Source: Catajapyx aquilonaris
Lineage: Eukaryota
NCBI GenBank assembly: GCA_000934665.2
Contig: KZ538046.1
Coordinates: forward strand, 62,001-126,000
DNA length: 64,000 bases
Direction: 5' to 3'
Position 1 is the stretch's first letter. Every line of letters begins with the position of its first letter. Below the pieces are notes generated by a model that made no database searches, had not been told where the DNA came from, and saw only the letters and a program-made list of their open reading frames with translations. This document shows positions 37,801-51,742 of the stretch, in pieces. The translations under genes were made by a program, and so were the position numbers.

Positions 37801-40800
37801 GCTGAAATGCAGAGTAATCTTGTTGGAATGATTTTGAATTGGGGATTTATTTTTGGTATGATCCTTAATAAATAAATGAACTAATTTTTCGGTTGATTTG
37901 CTTATTAGTAGATAACTTATATGGGCTATATGCAATTCCTGACTCAATTTCGACCAAAATGTGACTGTTCCAGTACTGTATATCAGATCTTCAAATATTT
38001 CCATTGAAATTGACTACAGACGATGCTTTAAAAATCTCCCGAGCTAAAAACAAGCGTGTCCAACGTGCCAAGTTGATGGTGTCGCTTATAGCAAAGGCAA
38101 AGTGCTAGCGCCCAGTATCGCGGACAACAACAGCTAATCCAGCTTAGGTGAAATGCAAATCTGCATCCGAGGGCAATGGAGCCTCCCTTCTCGCCCCCCA
38201 CCCCCTCCCATCCCCCCTGTTACTTTTTTGTTGAAATCTCCTCAGTGTCGAGCCAACGCTCCCAACGGCCTCTCCTGCCAAACGCCCCAACTAACCCCCT
38301 TACCTCCCGGCACTGCACGTGTAACCATACAGACACCCATGCCCTGCACGATCCCCAAGGATGGACCATATTGGAAAGGTGATCTCTACTACAGTGGGGC
38401 AGCAGCATCATCAGATCGGATCCGAAGACAAGCGAAACAGGTGGTGGTGTCTCATCTCCCGGAAATTTGGAGCCTCAGGGTACACGTGTATTGGCCCGCA
38501 TCTGTCTAACCGGTTGGGGAATGACCCACACACAGCACCAAGGCCAGTCTCAAGGTAGAGAAGGAGGGAACAACAGCCAGAGATGCCTTCTCTCACCTCT
38601 ATTCAGCGGCAAAAAAAACACTGGATTGAAGGCGCGCCATGTTGGTTGCGTACTGCACAGGATGGAGTCAGGCAGCTTCCAGCAGGCTCCACCAGAATTT
38701 ACGCGCCATGGAATAAAATTATGACGTCAGCAATCTTGGATATGTACACACCTATTCCATAACACTACGTATCAGCCATATTGCGCAATATCGTTGGAGG
38801 GGGGAAGTCACGAAATTAGGGAAAGGGCTGAAAATGATGATTTTGTTTTTGGATATATTTTTTCGTAAAAATCCATTTTTCTGATTTATTCTCATTTCTA
38901 TCTCCATGGAGGCACATTTTGGATTGAAGGCGTCGTGAAACGAAGCAGGGGTTGGAATCAAATGAAAGGCAGTAAAGTGTGTCCAGAATTGGCCCATAAT
39001 CCTCAGCAATTTCATCCTGGCCGGAAAGCAAACAGTCCGGGAAGCCCCGGCTTTCCACCTCCTTCATGCAAAAATCATCCTTCTATTTCACCTGACGTGC
39101 CCTCTAAAACTTTCAAGATAATCGCCGTCAGACAGACAGTGAAAGCCCGCAGGACAGATATGTCGCACATTCCGCCAGCCATGAGCTATTCAACTTGAAA
39201 TTCTGAAGCATCGTGGCGTCCGGAAAAGGCTGTGATTTTTTAAAATGCCTAAGAAATAAATAAAGAGTGAAAGATGCACTGGCGTTTTCAACCCATGCCA
39301 ACTCGTTCTATTTTGGCCTTCCACAGCTTCCGGATGCAGGTTTTTCCCCATCCCTATTTTTGATATCTCTATTTCGGTCCGGAAATACCCTTATTTATGA
39401 AGCCAGATATTAATTTATAAAGTGTGCTTTAGGAGCAGGTGCAATTGATTATCTGGGATATCGTGATAAGGGCCAATAATCCAAATCGTTCTCTTATATA
39501 CAGAACTCTGCATTCTTTTCCAAGGGGGAAACCCAGGCTTTTGTGGTTAGCCAAACGTTCATTACGCCCAATTTCCCTCTGATTTATGAAAGCTGGACTC
39601 TGGTAGTTACATCCCGGGGTTTTTCCATAATTGCATACGTTCCGCCGTGGTCCATCATCCTGGGTTTCAATTAGCTCCCATGTTAGTTTAATCAGTCCGC
39701 CGTGGATGACATCTTGCTCACATTCTTCGCATTACCCCTCTTTTTAACATCGTGCCACGGAGCAATCAAAACACGTTCGGTACATGCGGATTAACTGGAG
39801 AAAGGAGGCTCTAATTACACACTACCACTCCCCACCACTGAAAAAAGGAGTCATTTTCATGCAGTATTTAGTGCGGTCATCCTATATTTTTTGTGTGCTG
39901 TACATCTCTTCCCCCTACCCCTGTTGGCTTGTCCAAATTACATGCTGGGCTAACATTTGCCAGCGGGAGCTCCACACGAATGGTGCTTTTTTCTGTTTCT
40001 TGATTCATAAGCTCAAATGTACAGTAGGTGTCGGGACACCATTCAAAAAAATTCATACAAATTCAAAATAACAATATTGAAGACCTACACTTCAGAAAAT
40101 GAGGTGCACCGGCTTGTTACAAAATATGTGAACAGAATGACTTTGTTGGTTGTAACTATTTACAACAGAAAAATGAAAAGTGTAATTTCTCTGATGTTTA
40201 TCACTATTTAACCATGGAGGTCTTCAATATTGGTCCGAACACCTTCCTGCATCAGACGGCACCGAAAATGAAATCCTGTGCAACAAATGAGAAAGACTGG
40301 ATCGAGTGGGCAAATAATCGAGTCAGGCAGAGATGCACTATCCTCTTTCCTTCCATCCCCAAATTAAAGCAAGAAAGCGACGCAATCTGTTGTTCTCCCA
40401 CAACAGCTGAAAAATGGGCGCTAACTCCGGAAACGTGATCCTGGTCCCGGATCTCAGCAAGTGTTATTAGACCATCTTGGAGTTCGGGGGGAAGGAATGG
40501 GAGGAGGGCTGCTAAACCTATCCGGCGTTGGAGGATTTTATTTCCTCGCTTCCGCAGAAAACTAGAGGCAAAACCGCACTTCCGAGGATCAGGTAGGCGG
40601 CGCACATACAGTTGGCATATACCTCGCTCTTGCCTCTTGTACTCTCAACCAAACTGTTTTCGTTTGGCCTCATTTACAGTCTCTCGGGTAGGCGGAATTA
40701 AAAGCGGGTCCTACGCTTATATTTTTAGGAGAGTTTTCCGCAAGAAGTGGCGTGTGTGTGTTCATTTGATGCGTTTAGAATTAATTTAAGATGAGCAATA

Positions 40801-42541
40801 CATAATATTAGGATGCTGTACTGTACAGAGTGGTATGATGCCTGAGTTTACATCTTCAACTGAGAAGGGCTGAAACCATGATGATTCAAACCATTTTTCT
40901 CGAAGAAATGTATCATTCTGGATGGAACATTCGAACACACATTCGTCAGCTTCTTTGCGATTGAAGCAACTGGTCGCTTTCTCTACAAGACGCAGGATAT
41001 CTTCATAGAAAATTACCTTCGAGTATAATATGGCTTCCTACACAGATGAAACTAATTTTCCAAAGCAAAACTGGCAGTCCCTGAGAACAACAACCAGCAC
41101 ACCAGTACCACTCTGCTTGCATTACTGCTGGTAACTGAGAGCCCATCCAAACACGATTTCCATTAATAATTCGCTGTTTTTAAAAAAGCTCCTTCAACTT
41201 GTCCCATGTCTAATAAAAGCAGTTATACCTGATCCTCGTTTGATCATATTCCTCAGGTAATGCTTTGTCGCTGGGCCTCTGACGAAACTCTTCATCAACC
41301 AGCAATTTTCAGACGCGATTTTCTCCTGCCCTGAACGTGTCGCCCGTGAAAGCCGAGGCCAAGCTAAAAATACCTCCCTCGGGAGATAGTGAGTATTTGA
41401 TGCAAAAGGACGCCCCTACCCCACCCCCCATCCTATATAGGCCATTAAATCCTTCCAGATCCCCGCGTCTCGATTTTCATAATTACACCTGCTCCTGAAG
41501 ATTGAGTGAAATTTCTAATGTGGATCCAATTGCGCCCGGAGCTCGCCTTTCCTTGGGTCTGGCTCCTCCTTCTCCAGTAGCCATAATTATTTCACCATTA
41601 GACACAAACAGCGGCGCCTCCTCTTTCCCCGGATCCCAGCCGTCCAAATCACCGCCGCCTAAATCCACTCTGACTCAAAGCATAACATATTATTCAATTG
41701 CTGTCAGCCTGCCTTCTCCATCATTATCCGGCAAATAACTCCTCCTGCAAAACCCCTCCCATCTATCTTGTTATTACTCAAGTTTGGATAGTTTTGCCTC
41801 TCTAGCCCACACCCAAAAAACCACCTGACAAATTTGGATGCAAATGGGCAAGAGAGCATGAATTTTGTGGGCAAACCAGTTGAGTGATTTGTCTTTGTGA
41901 CTTTTATGTTCAACATGTTAACGGCCTCACTCTAAAAAAAATGTGTGGGTAAACCTGTCCGGGTGCCTTATGCAAAACGATTTTTTTTCAGGTCGGTTGT
42001 GGGTACTAGACCCGTCTCCCCAATGGCAGCTACAGACATAAGTAGGCCTATTAAGCCAATGCTAAAGGGTTTTTTGCTGGATTTTTTTTTGAAGGGACAG
42101 CTCCACCCCAGGACCCGGCGCGTGGCAGTGTCAGCCATGGTTACTGTCCAAACATTTGGAGGCCTTTCTGAAGGCGTTGCTGTAAAATTCGGCCAACCTG
42201 TTTGGGTTTGCCCTACCTGCCCCCCCTCTCAATAGGACCAACACACAAAAAAAGCTGTGGGTCAGAAGCCACAAAATTGAGGTTGTCAATGAGTGGGAAT
42301 GATGGCAAACAGGAAATGCGGCCGGACCTCTAATAGCCAACACAAATGTAGGTCGAATATTGGATGTTGTTTTGCTCAAATTAAGCTTAATTTTCAACAA
42401 ATTGCGGCCATGAACTGAAATTGTATTTTTAGAATAAATGACTGTAATTCGCTCAAGTTTCTGATAGTGTTGTTCTTATGTAATGTGTGTGCATGTATGT
42501 ACTGCAGTTGAAAAGGGTGTAGCTTTTAACGGTTTTTTGGG

Positions 42542-42583
42542 TGTTGGATGGGACCAAAAGAATTCTTTTGGTCCCATGCAACA
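42542..42583. repeat. Palindrome: 30 bp perfect core, 42 bp with one mismatched pair
   Basis: ATGGGACCAAAAGAATTCTTTTGGTCCCAT (42548-42577) equals its own reverse complement. Flanks TGTTGG/GCAACA extend it with one mismatch. Confidence 0.95.
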
Positions 42584-43460
42584 TGGTAAAGTCAACTCTC
42601 TGCTGTACAAGTCTAGCTATTGTTAAATAAAATTATTCCAATGGATGGTGAAAATATCCTGATGATGCTTCTAACTGGTCACATGAATCGTAAGTAACTC
42701 ATGGTGTAGCATCTGCGTGATGTGTGGACCAGAGTGCGTGTGACGTTAATTGATGAAAACAGGGAGGTGAGAAAAAGCGGGTAGGTTCAGGGCAGGGGAC
42801 AAGCAATGGATCAACAAAGCTAGTTTTCTCTGTGAAAGAGCCGCTCAAAGGCCAAGGAGATGGGTGGGCTTTGGATCCAGGTTTCCCACAGGGGCCCTCC
42901 GATGGGGATGTTACAAAAGACAAGAATGTCCGATGAGGCAGATGACAGATTGGCCGGACCGGACCGGACCAGTGCAATCCCCCCCCCCCCTCTCTCTTCC
43001 CATTTACCTATACACAGAATCAGCACCCCAACCACCCCACCCTGCTGCCTTACACCGTTGATTCGAGGCACCCCCCAAGGAGCTAGCACAATCGCTCGCC
43101 TCCTCCAAAAGCCCCCCTTCACATCACTTTCGCAACCAATGGCTCCAGCATGTAGTAGTAAACAGAAAATCCCAGGGTCCAATAGTCTGCACGGGACGGT
43201 CATGCCTTACAAACTTAGAGGCCACCACGCCCCTGTGTCCTCATCCCACACTACTACCACTGACCTGCATCAGGGGGACCACTGCACATTTTTAAATCAG
43301 TCCTGATGGGTGTGTCAGCAGGCCAGGTATGTTGTCCCGATACGTTTCAAAATAAGAACCAAATCTTGGCTCGTAATATTTGATTGCTATTAATGTGATA
43401 GTTGCGTTGTAGTTAATGTGCCAAAGCTTTTTATATTTCAAATAGTGCCGTTTTGGTGGC

Positions 43461-43555
43461 CTCTGTTGCACGAAACAATGATGTACTCTGTTGCATGAAA
43501 CAAAGAAGCAAAGCTCTTGTTGCACAAAACAAGAGGATTGTAGCTGCACAAAATG
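43461..43555. repeat. Degenerate ~25-28 bp minisatellite (3 copies + remnant)
   Basis: CTC(T)TGTTGCAYRAAACAA units start at 43461, 43486 and 43514. Confidence 0.8.
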
Positions 43556-46500
43556 CTTTCAAAATGAACAGAATGAGGCATCCGATCATATTCTGTCCAT
43601 TTTCAGAGTATTATGATATGGTCCGGTTATTCCAATATGAAGAGGTATAAGTCCGCACCTGTTTAGCATTTCAGATTTCATAACAGGCGGCTGAGCTGTA
43701 GTTATTGCATGGCTATTGATCTCGTCTTGTTACACTTACACACCTTCACTCGAATTTGCCTTATTATACAAGTGCGGAATGAAGCACACCTGCAGTGCAC
43801 GCCCAAAAATCTATGGTCCGATATATGAATAACAGCATTCAGCGTAAAGCTCATTAATTTTATACCATTAGCTCATCTCTACTCACGGGCAGAATAGTGA
43901 CAATGAATCCCCCCAGCATGACATATGAATTTGGATCCTGGCAAAAAAACAAATCTGCAGGCAATGTAAACAGTTTAAACCCGCATTTTTCCGGCACTAG
44001 TCACATATCGGCCCGCCTTCCAAATAATGATTTGTGTTTGTCAACCGCAAATCCGTAAATGATTTCGAGCCTTGTTACCAAAAAATCCGAATTCCTGGCA
44101 TCAAATGGTTTCCAGCTTTGATCTTGGTATCAAATGAGGCACGTCTCCACAAATTACAACCCTTTCACAATCCCCCCCGTCCCTTAATAATCCGGTGGTC
44201 CAATAATTTTTCTCTCTATGTATTCAAGCCTGAAATAGAATCCCATGCTGCAACCAAGGCTCCAATGAACATGTACTGCCTAACATGATAGCTACTTGTA
44301 AAAATGTGTCCGGGGGAATCCGGGGAGCCAGAGGTAATTCAGTAGGGGATTGGAAAGGGCCAGGACTAGAGCAGCGGTAGAGTCAACAGGTCGGCCATAT
44401 CCAAGTGAATAGGTTCATAATCACATGTTGTAGCGATTTGCGCGAACCCCCCCCCCCCCCCCCCAANGAAATATGCAGATGGGCGGGGCTTTATCTATTC
44501 AAATCCAAACAAAGTAATCAATCACATATGGCGATGTAATGGCAGCGGATCATAACTGCACTACATAGCACGTATGCTCCAACACGATAAGCGCCTCCTG
44601 CACAATGGGACTTGCACTTTGCGGTGCAGGTAACATCATGGGAAGGGAGGAAAAAAAATGATTAAATTCTTTCACTTGAATTGTGGGGGAAATATTTCAT
44701 GTGGTTGCCTTAGCCAAAAGATGCTGAACTAATCATTGTTGTCATTTAAATGGTGATCAGCAACGCAAGTTCGATGCCCATATGTAATAAAATTCCTTAC
44801 ATGTGCACTGCTGGCAAGCTAATAATTTACTGCATTGACTTTTCCTAATGGGGTTAAAATAGCTTTTTGCACTGTCATGTAGCAGTCCAACCAAGTGGAA
44901 TGAATAATTATATCAAACTTGTAACTGGATTATTTTTTTTTCTTTCAATGCCCTGAATCTGCCGGGTTTCCTCTGTATTTTTTTTCGTGTGGTCCACGTG
45001 CCGGAGAGAATTGGAGCTTGGCTGGATTCATTAATATATGCCTACTAATTACTCCCTGACAAAAGGCCTGCCTTTTCCTCCCCCATCCCTTTCCACCTGC
45101 GAGGAAAGCAAGATAAATTTCCATATCTACAAACTTTCCGGAGGTTTTGTCCGGAATCGCCTTGGTCCCACACAAAGTCTCGCTCCACTTCTTTTCCAAA
45201 TTATTGCCTTTGATATCCCTCCAGCCAGTGTTCCATACAAAACGGCACAAGTTAAGCCCCTCCCAAACCGACTACCTGCTGGAGAAATAAACGCAATAAA
45301 ACTATTTTCTGACAACCGGTAGCAAAAGCTCTCTCTCTCGAAAAACCAGAGCAGATGCCTCGCGATAACTTTTTTAGAAAAGACCACCTGCCAACTTGGC
45401 CAATATTCATGGAATCGTCGCCATCTGTCCCATCACTTGCACCTTCACCTGCACGCAACCATGCCGGGTTTGATGGACATCTTCATTCTGGATGCACCAA
45501 TTACACCACTGCCATCAAACATAATCACCGCAATTTTGCCTTGCTTCGCAATCCGCCTAGCTGAGAAGTTGAAGCTTAGCGCTAATGTTTCTTGATTCAT
45601 GACAATTTGGATTTACCGGATGAAAAAAAAAAGAGGTAAATATTGTTCCTTTTTGTACGTACAAGCCGACAGGAATTGAGTTGTCTTGTGTTTGCAGCTG
45701 TCATTTTTGCACAGTTTGAGTACAATATTTGAAGAACAATATTTGCGGGTATTCTCAGAAATAAATACAATGCGGGGCTACACAATTTATACTGATTAAA
45801 TAAGTAGTTGAAACCCGCGGTCTGTTTACACTTTGCAAGTCATTTTTAGAAAATATGAAAAACGGTGACCTTGCACGGCACATACCAGCAACAGCACTAT
45901 ATTGTTTAGTGCCTCTAATGTGCTCTAATTAAGGATGAAATCAAAGTCTGTAAGTTACGAAAACGAAGACACTCGCATTTGACAATAGTCATTGTGATTC
46001 ACGAATAAAGCGACACAAATCTGTAAAATTAGGCACCAAAACCGCGAAGATACACGCATTATTTGCCACGAAGTTGGAACACAAATGCCTCATGCAACTC
46101 GAAAGCATCTGTTGATCACGTAGAATAATTACTCTAAAATGTACAGGCTTAAATCCCAGAAAGGTACATTAATATCAATCATTTGCATTTAAAAGTTAAC
46201 CTCTTTTGCATAAATTCCTCACCTCCGAAAAATCCCGCATCACGCGATAATTCTAAATATTAAAACTCCTTTTTATTCTATTGCTTACCGGCTAGCATAA
46301 CTTCAAAATGAGCAAAAGCACAACAGATTCTGCCATGGTTTTTCAAATATGCTAATTTTGTCCTCATAACCAACAAATGTTGAATAAGTGGGCTTTATGA
46401 CCACTCGGTGTCAAGTAATAATATTTCAATTTTAATTTCGAAAGCTGTTCAACATTAATTGCACACTACAAGATACGCCGCCACACTGTATGATGAGGAA

Positions 46501-48996
46501 TACAAATGGATAATAATTAGCTTCAATCGTGACAATATCAATCAACAAACTACTGACTTTCCCCAGCAGCTGTAGTAACTCGTTTGCATATTCACCGTAT
46601 GTGTCATTAAAATGTTTCGGGAAAAACGATCCATGTTGATATAAAATCATCAACATTCTGGCAAGGTTTTTCTCTCATAACTTTCAGCTTGATTGATCTA
46701 TTATGTGATTGGGTAGCCCCATATATGTTCGCACTGAACTTTTCTGACATGTTGTAGCGAGCCTATACATAAATGAAAGCAATGGTGTTAGATAGTACAA
46801 ATCAGAAAACAGAAATCCTCCTTCAGCACACCAGGATGAAAACAGGATCGGCCACTCTACATTTCAATATTTTAGGCGCATCTTGTAGTTCACGGGCCTG
46901 TTAAAATGTGTCTGTGTGTGACTTCTCCAGAATCGCATTTAAAACACACTTCTCCACAGTGACAGTATAGCGCAGGTTGCCTTCTGCATGATGGTCCGCC
47001 ATTTTGCTTCAAAATCTGACTTCCTAGATGCCATGGATCATGTCAGGTATCGTACAATGCATTGAATCATAAAATCATTATATTGAATCTATCCATTTCG
47101 TGCAAGTTTAAAATTATCAATTAATAGTAAATTTCGGATTATATTATATTGTAAATATACCTCCACATAATCGCACATTTCATGGTGGAATCCTCTGAAT
47201 ATTTTAAAAACTGAATATGTGTCGCATCATACGACGCCATCATGCGCAATCACAATATGTGTCTGTTGACTCCCAGACACCGCACAAGACAACGTGGTCC
47301 AATACATTTTTCTAATTCAAACGACCAACCTGAAAAGGAAATCCTCGTTGGTAGCAAGCATCCTGACAACAAAATAAGATGTTGATTGGGGATGGGTAGG
47401 TCTCCCCTGTTTCCTAGGCGTGATGGCGACTGACAAGGTTGCCACTAGCACCTGAAGCAGGCCGATCAAGCCTTTGCTAAGCTATTACCCTCCAATTTAA
47501 GGTCTCAATAGGCAATTGACGTGAAATCTCTGCAGGAGATACGATGGGAGATGGAGAAGGAGACGACCTGGGAATTAAGCAAAGTGGAGATGGGAGGTGG
47601 AGCTAGGAAGGAAGGAAAGTGGGGGTGTAAAAATTGACCTCTTGCTTGCAGGAGCTTTATGACAGTGGCTGGGGTGGTCTGTTCTTGACAGGCTGCGTCC
47701 CATCCAGAAAGGACAAGTGTCCGCCAGCCCAGTACACGAGCACCTCTCCAAAACTCCTCCAGCCAAATTACCACCGCCAGACAAGGCGTATTAGCCCCTT
47801 CCTTGTCCTACCCACCTGCTACACCCGCATCTCTACCTTCTACATCACATACACTGTCAGTGCTTAATAATTGTCTCTTGCACATACATATCGGCTGGGG
47901 GGAAAGGGAGGTTACAAATTATTTTTTGACCAAAAATGGGTCCAACAGTGCCAGTGTTTATTCCATTGCGCCCAACTTTTCAAATGAATTTATTGTGCGC
48001 GCCTCGCCACTTCAGCACTGGCCTCGTGGGCATGTGTGCAAAAGCAATGTTTACTTTGCAAATGGGAATTGATGATACACGGATACCTGGTAAGGAGACT
48101 CGCAAGTTCTAATCAGAATGCACTGCTTAGTTTTGATTCTACCTTGTTTTCTATAATTACTCGCAAACTCGTACACTTAGGCACAGCAATGCTGGTTAGC
48201 ATGTACAAAATATGCAATTTTCCGGTGTTATTTCAGAATACTCTTTTTTTAAATTTTTGATGGAGTAAATGAAGGCACGAGGAGAGTTCAATTAGTTAAA
48301 AACCTCAACATGACAGGAGCCAGCTAAGGGGTGGGCAGAAGAGCGGAATATTTTTCATCCGTGGGGCTGCGAAAGAGCGGCTTTAAAATCTCTGAAATAA
48401 TAAGCTCCATGTCAATGTGCTTCCATTTAAGAGACGTGAAAAATGCGACGCTACTTGAGCATCAGGGAATAACGTTTTTCAGAATGTCAGATTCAGCATG
48501 AAATGAAATTGCTTTTCCTAATCCAACATCAGGAATATTTGAATTCGTAATGAAAATGAAATTATGGCAGGAACCGAGCCTACTCTCCAGTGAACGAATG
48601 AATGGCCATGATTTTCCTCTCACCAACTATTCCTTCCGCAACTTAGGCTTCCCCATCCGAAAAGAACGCCGGCGTAAAATTCAAACCGACCATCCTTCAA
48701 TGTTCACCAGCCTTGTTTTCAATCCCCTGAAATTTCTTTCTGAGTTCAAACCGTGTTCTAATATGCATATCCAACACGCGCACTATCAAAATATCATGTT
48801 GTTGTTCAAGAACATTCTTCAACTCGAATGAAGACGAGCCAAAATGTATTCAGTATTTGTACTGAAATGGTTCATAAAAGTTTAGCATTTACACTCTTGA
48901 AAGATGCTGGTTTTAGGCTGATAGATTTTGCTATAGGACGGTGTTACTTCAAACCATAATCTTAGAATACTCAGGTCTGGTCACGCCCACCCACGC

Positions 48997-49237
48997 CCTG
49001 CCGGGGCGTTTTGCAGCGGGTGCTCACCTGAGAGAGTAAGACATTTCTCTGAGCAATCATGTGGCGACCCTACCGGACTAGGCTGAACTTTATAGGTACA
49101 AAAGGGGAAGCGCTACATTGGGGGACCCAACATGGTCGCCAAGTTCAGCCTAGTCCGGTAGGGTCGCCACATGATTGCTCAGAGAAATGTCTCATGGCGC
49201 TCTCAGGTGAGCACCTGCTGCAAAACGCCTCGGCAGG
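48997..49237. repeat. Long inverted repeat (fold-back/MITE-like or hairpin-RNA locus)
   Basis: 49039-49090 is the exact reverse complement of 49141-49192 (52 bp). Outer arms 48997-49034 and 49200-49237 (38 bp) have 2 mismatches. 50-nt spacer. No clear TSD. Confidence 0.95.
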
Positions 49238-50725
49238 CGATAAGATCAGAAAGTAGTATAAGTGTCCGGGGGCTGCTTCAAACGATCTAACAAACAAGTA
49301 AGCAGCAAGTAACCTTTGGTACCTGTGATGTCCAACCCAGCACAACAATGCCTTCAATATTTTTGTCCTCAATTTATCTCTCCAGGTTTAGTTTCCCACC
49401 TCCAAGCAGAGCCTAGGAAGCTCACAAAGGCGAGCAAGCTCAAAGGCAGTAGCAGCAAGCCCATTTCAAATCTATCTGTCAGTTTTATGGGATGGGTTGA
49501 CAATGTAAAATGGAGCGTTCCATACACTTGACACGTCTGACTTTGAGACGCAAATAGTAATTTTGGAGAGTGTCCGCCAATCTGGGGCTGTGTGTATATA
49601 TATGTGCGAGGGAGGGGACTATAGAGCAGTTCAAAATGAATAGTAGAGCAGGTGAAAGATGAATGTCCTTCCTCAGGCATGCCTTATCACAAAAGGGACC
49701 AGCATCTAATTTGCACAGGAAGGCAGCGGGGGGGCCTCTCGTTTATGAAAGCCGCCTCTCTTATGTCCAACCCTCCAGGCCAAAATACGTCAAAAAGGTT
49801 GAGCCTCCTGATGGAAGAACTCCAGGGAGAAACCAGAAAAAAAAGGTGTCAGCAGTCGCACATTCCTATCGGGCATATCTGGGCATTTTCGTCTGACTGA
49901 AATTGCGCCAGCCTCAGGAGGAAATGAAGGAATTGGAGCAGTTGGGCCGCCGATTTAATCAAAACTTTGCTGGGGACATGTCTGACGTCCTTCTCTCGCC
50001 AGTCCTGCCTCTTTTCACTCCCTATCTACTACACTTCCTGGCAAAACCCAGAAAAAGAAAGAAGAACCACCAACAACAATGCAAGGTATACATTTCAGCT
50101 GCTCCTAATATCAGTAGCCCATTTTAGCAGCGGACATATTTTCTCATCGGTTGGTGTGTGTTGGCCCGGGAATGCTTTTAACAGCAGCGTGACTTCTTTG
50201 TCTTCGGAACGGATAGCAAGTCACTTCAAACCACTTCAACTTTTGCAGGAAACGTAACTTGTACAGTGCTCTGGTGTATACTTTGCTTGTTACATGAGGA
50301 AGACAGAGGGAGGGAGTGCTGTGGGAGATCGCATTAAAAAGTTTTGCACAATGCTTGGACCATGCATTTGTATTTGCAGTGATGAAAACAAGAGAGAGGA
50401 GTATGCACTTTTCTGTAGGTCGGAAATTAGAATGACGGTCATGTCATTTTTTTATGGTAACTTTCCACCAGACAGTGCCTTTCATATGTATTGTTTAGCC
50501 TTTTGGTAGACTATTCGGCTAACTTTTGAGTGGACCTTGTTGGAACACACGCGTTTGTTGTCGTAACCGCCTCTAGCAATATTTGTCTTAAGTTCTAACC
50601 GCCATATTGTCTTAATATTCACAACACACATCGCTGAATATTACAACAATCAAGTTCATACACCCGCAAGAAAATATGTAAACTTCAAAGTTTCCCTCAA
50701 TAAGTCACAATGGACCCTATAAATT

Positions 50726-50799
50726 AATGTGCCTTATGACAACAAATTAAAGGGCACATTGTGCCTCATGACAACAAATTAAAGGACACAATGGGCCTT
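50726..50799. repeat. 32-bp tandem duplication with internally palindromic units
   Basis: TGTGCCTYATGACAACAAATTAAAGGRCACAW units start at 50728 and 50760, partial third at 50792. Confidence 0.9.
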
Positions 50800-51723
50800 T
50801 TTTGGTATATGTTCAGAAGCTCAATTATTTGGAAGTGTATAGACTACTATAAAATAATAAGTATCCTTGTAAGCATCCGGACTTTGTTGTGACTTCTTGC
50901 CTATTGTCCAACCACCTTTTCACATTCTTGACAAATCGCACATCACACATCCAATAAAGCAATGCGAAAACGCCCCTATAAGCTGTGTCCATCTGCTCGC
51001 GTGTGTGTCAAGGCGAAAAAGGCTTAGGGCTTGAAACCCTCTAGGCCCTCGGAGCAGCATGAATGAATCCAGAATGCGAAATTCCACTCACGTGTGTATG
51101 AGTCCACACACTCTAATTTTCACCTGCTTTCGATTCGATCCTCTCCCTCCGGACATTTGCCGATGTTTTTTTTCCACCTCTCTTTTCGTGCCTTGCTTTA
51201 AACCGACCCCACCTAAACTGCCCAAATCTCTGACCGCTTTACTCGCCCACACTTTGGTACCAAAAGCGGGCCCTTTCACAGCTGGATCAATGTCATTCCG
51301 ACTGACCTAGCCAGGCAACCTCATTTAACTATGTCAGCAGGTTATATACTCGCAGGGACCTTTTTTTTGGGTGGTAACTCCGTGCAGGATTTTCACAAGC
51401 GTAATTAATTCCCACACCGCGATGACAGGTACAACTCTACTTTATTTTCAATTGCATTTGCATGTTGTGGGCTCCAGTACTTTAGCCAGCAGATCTTGCA
51501 TGATAAGCACAGTTAATTCAGTATAATGAGGGCTATTATCCGGGAGCCAAGCGGCATAAAAATATACGAACTGCAATTTTTTTTCGAGAGTGTAACATGT
51601 GTTCAACTTTCAGGAGCGGTGGGGAAAAAACTGGGAATGATAGCACAAAAGTACTGGGTGATGAGGTTTTAATGTTTACTCTTAAGCACACATAGGTGAT
51701 GGGCGATTGATACTGGATTCTCC

Positions 51724-51742
51724 GGCCGCTAGAAGGCAGCAG
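51724..51742 (+). promoter_or_regulatory. CTCF-like motif
   Basis: GGCCGCTAGAAGGCAGCAG, one core mismatch. Confidence 0.3.

Noticed and set aside
49903..50127. ORF segment EEMKELEQLGRRF resembling the start of a POU-specific domain
   Set aside because: Lacks the invariant RRIKLGxTQ continuation and any homeodomain; chance similarity.
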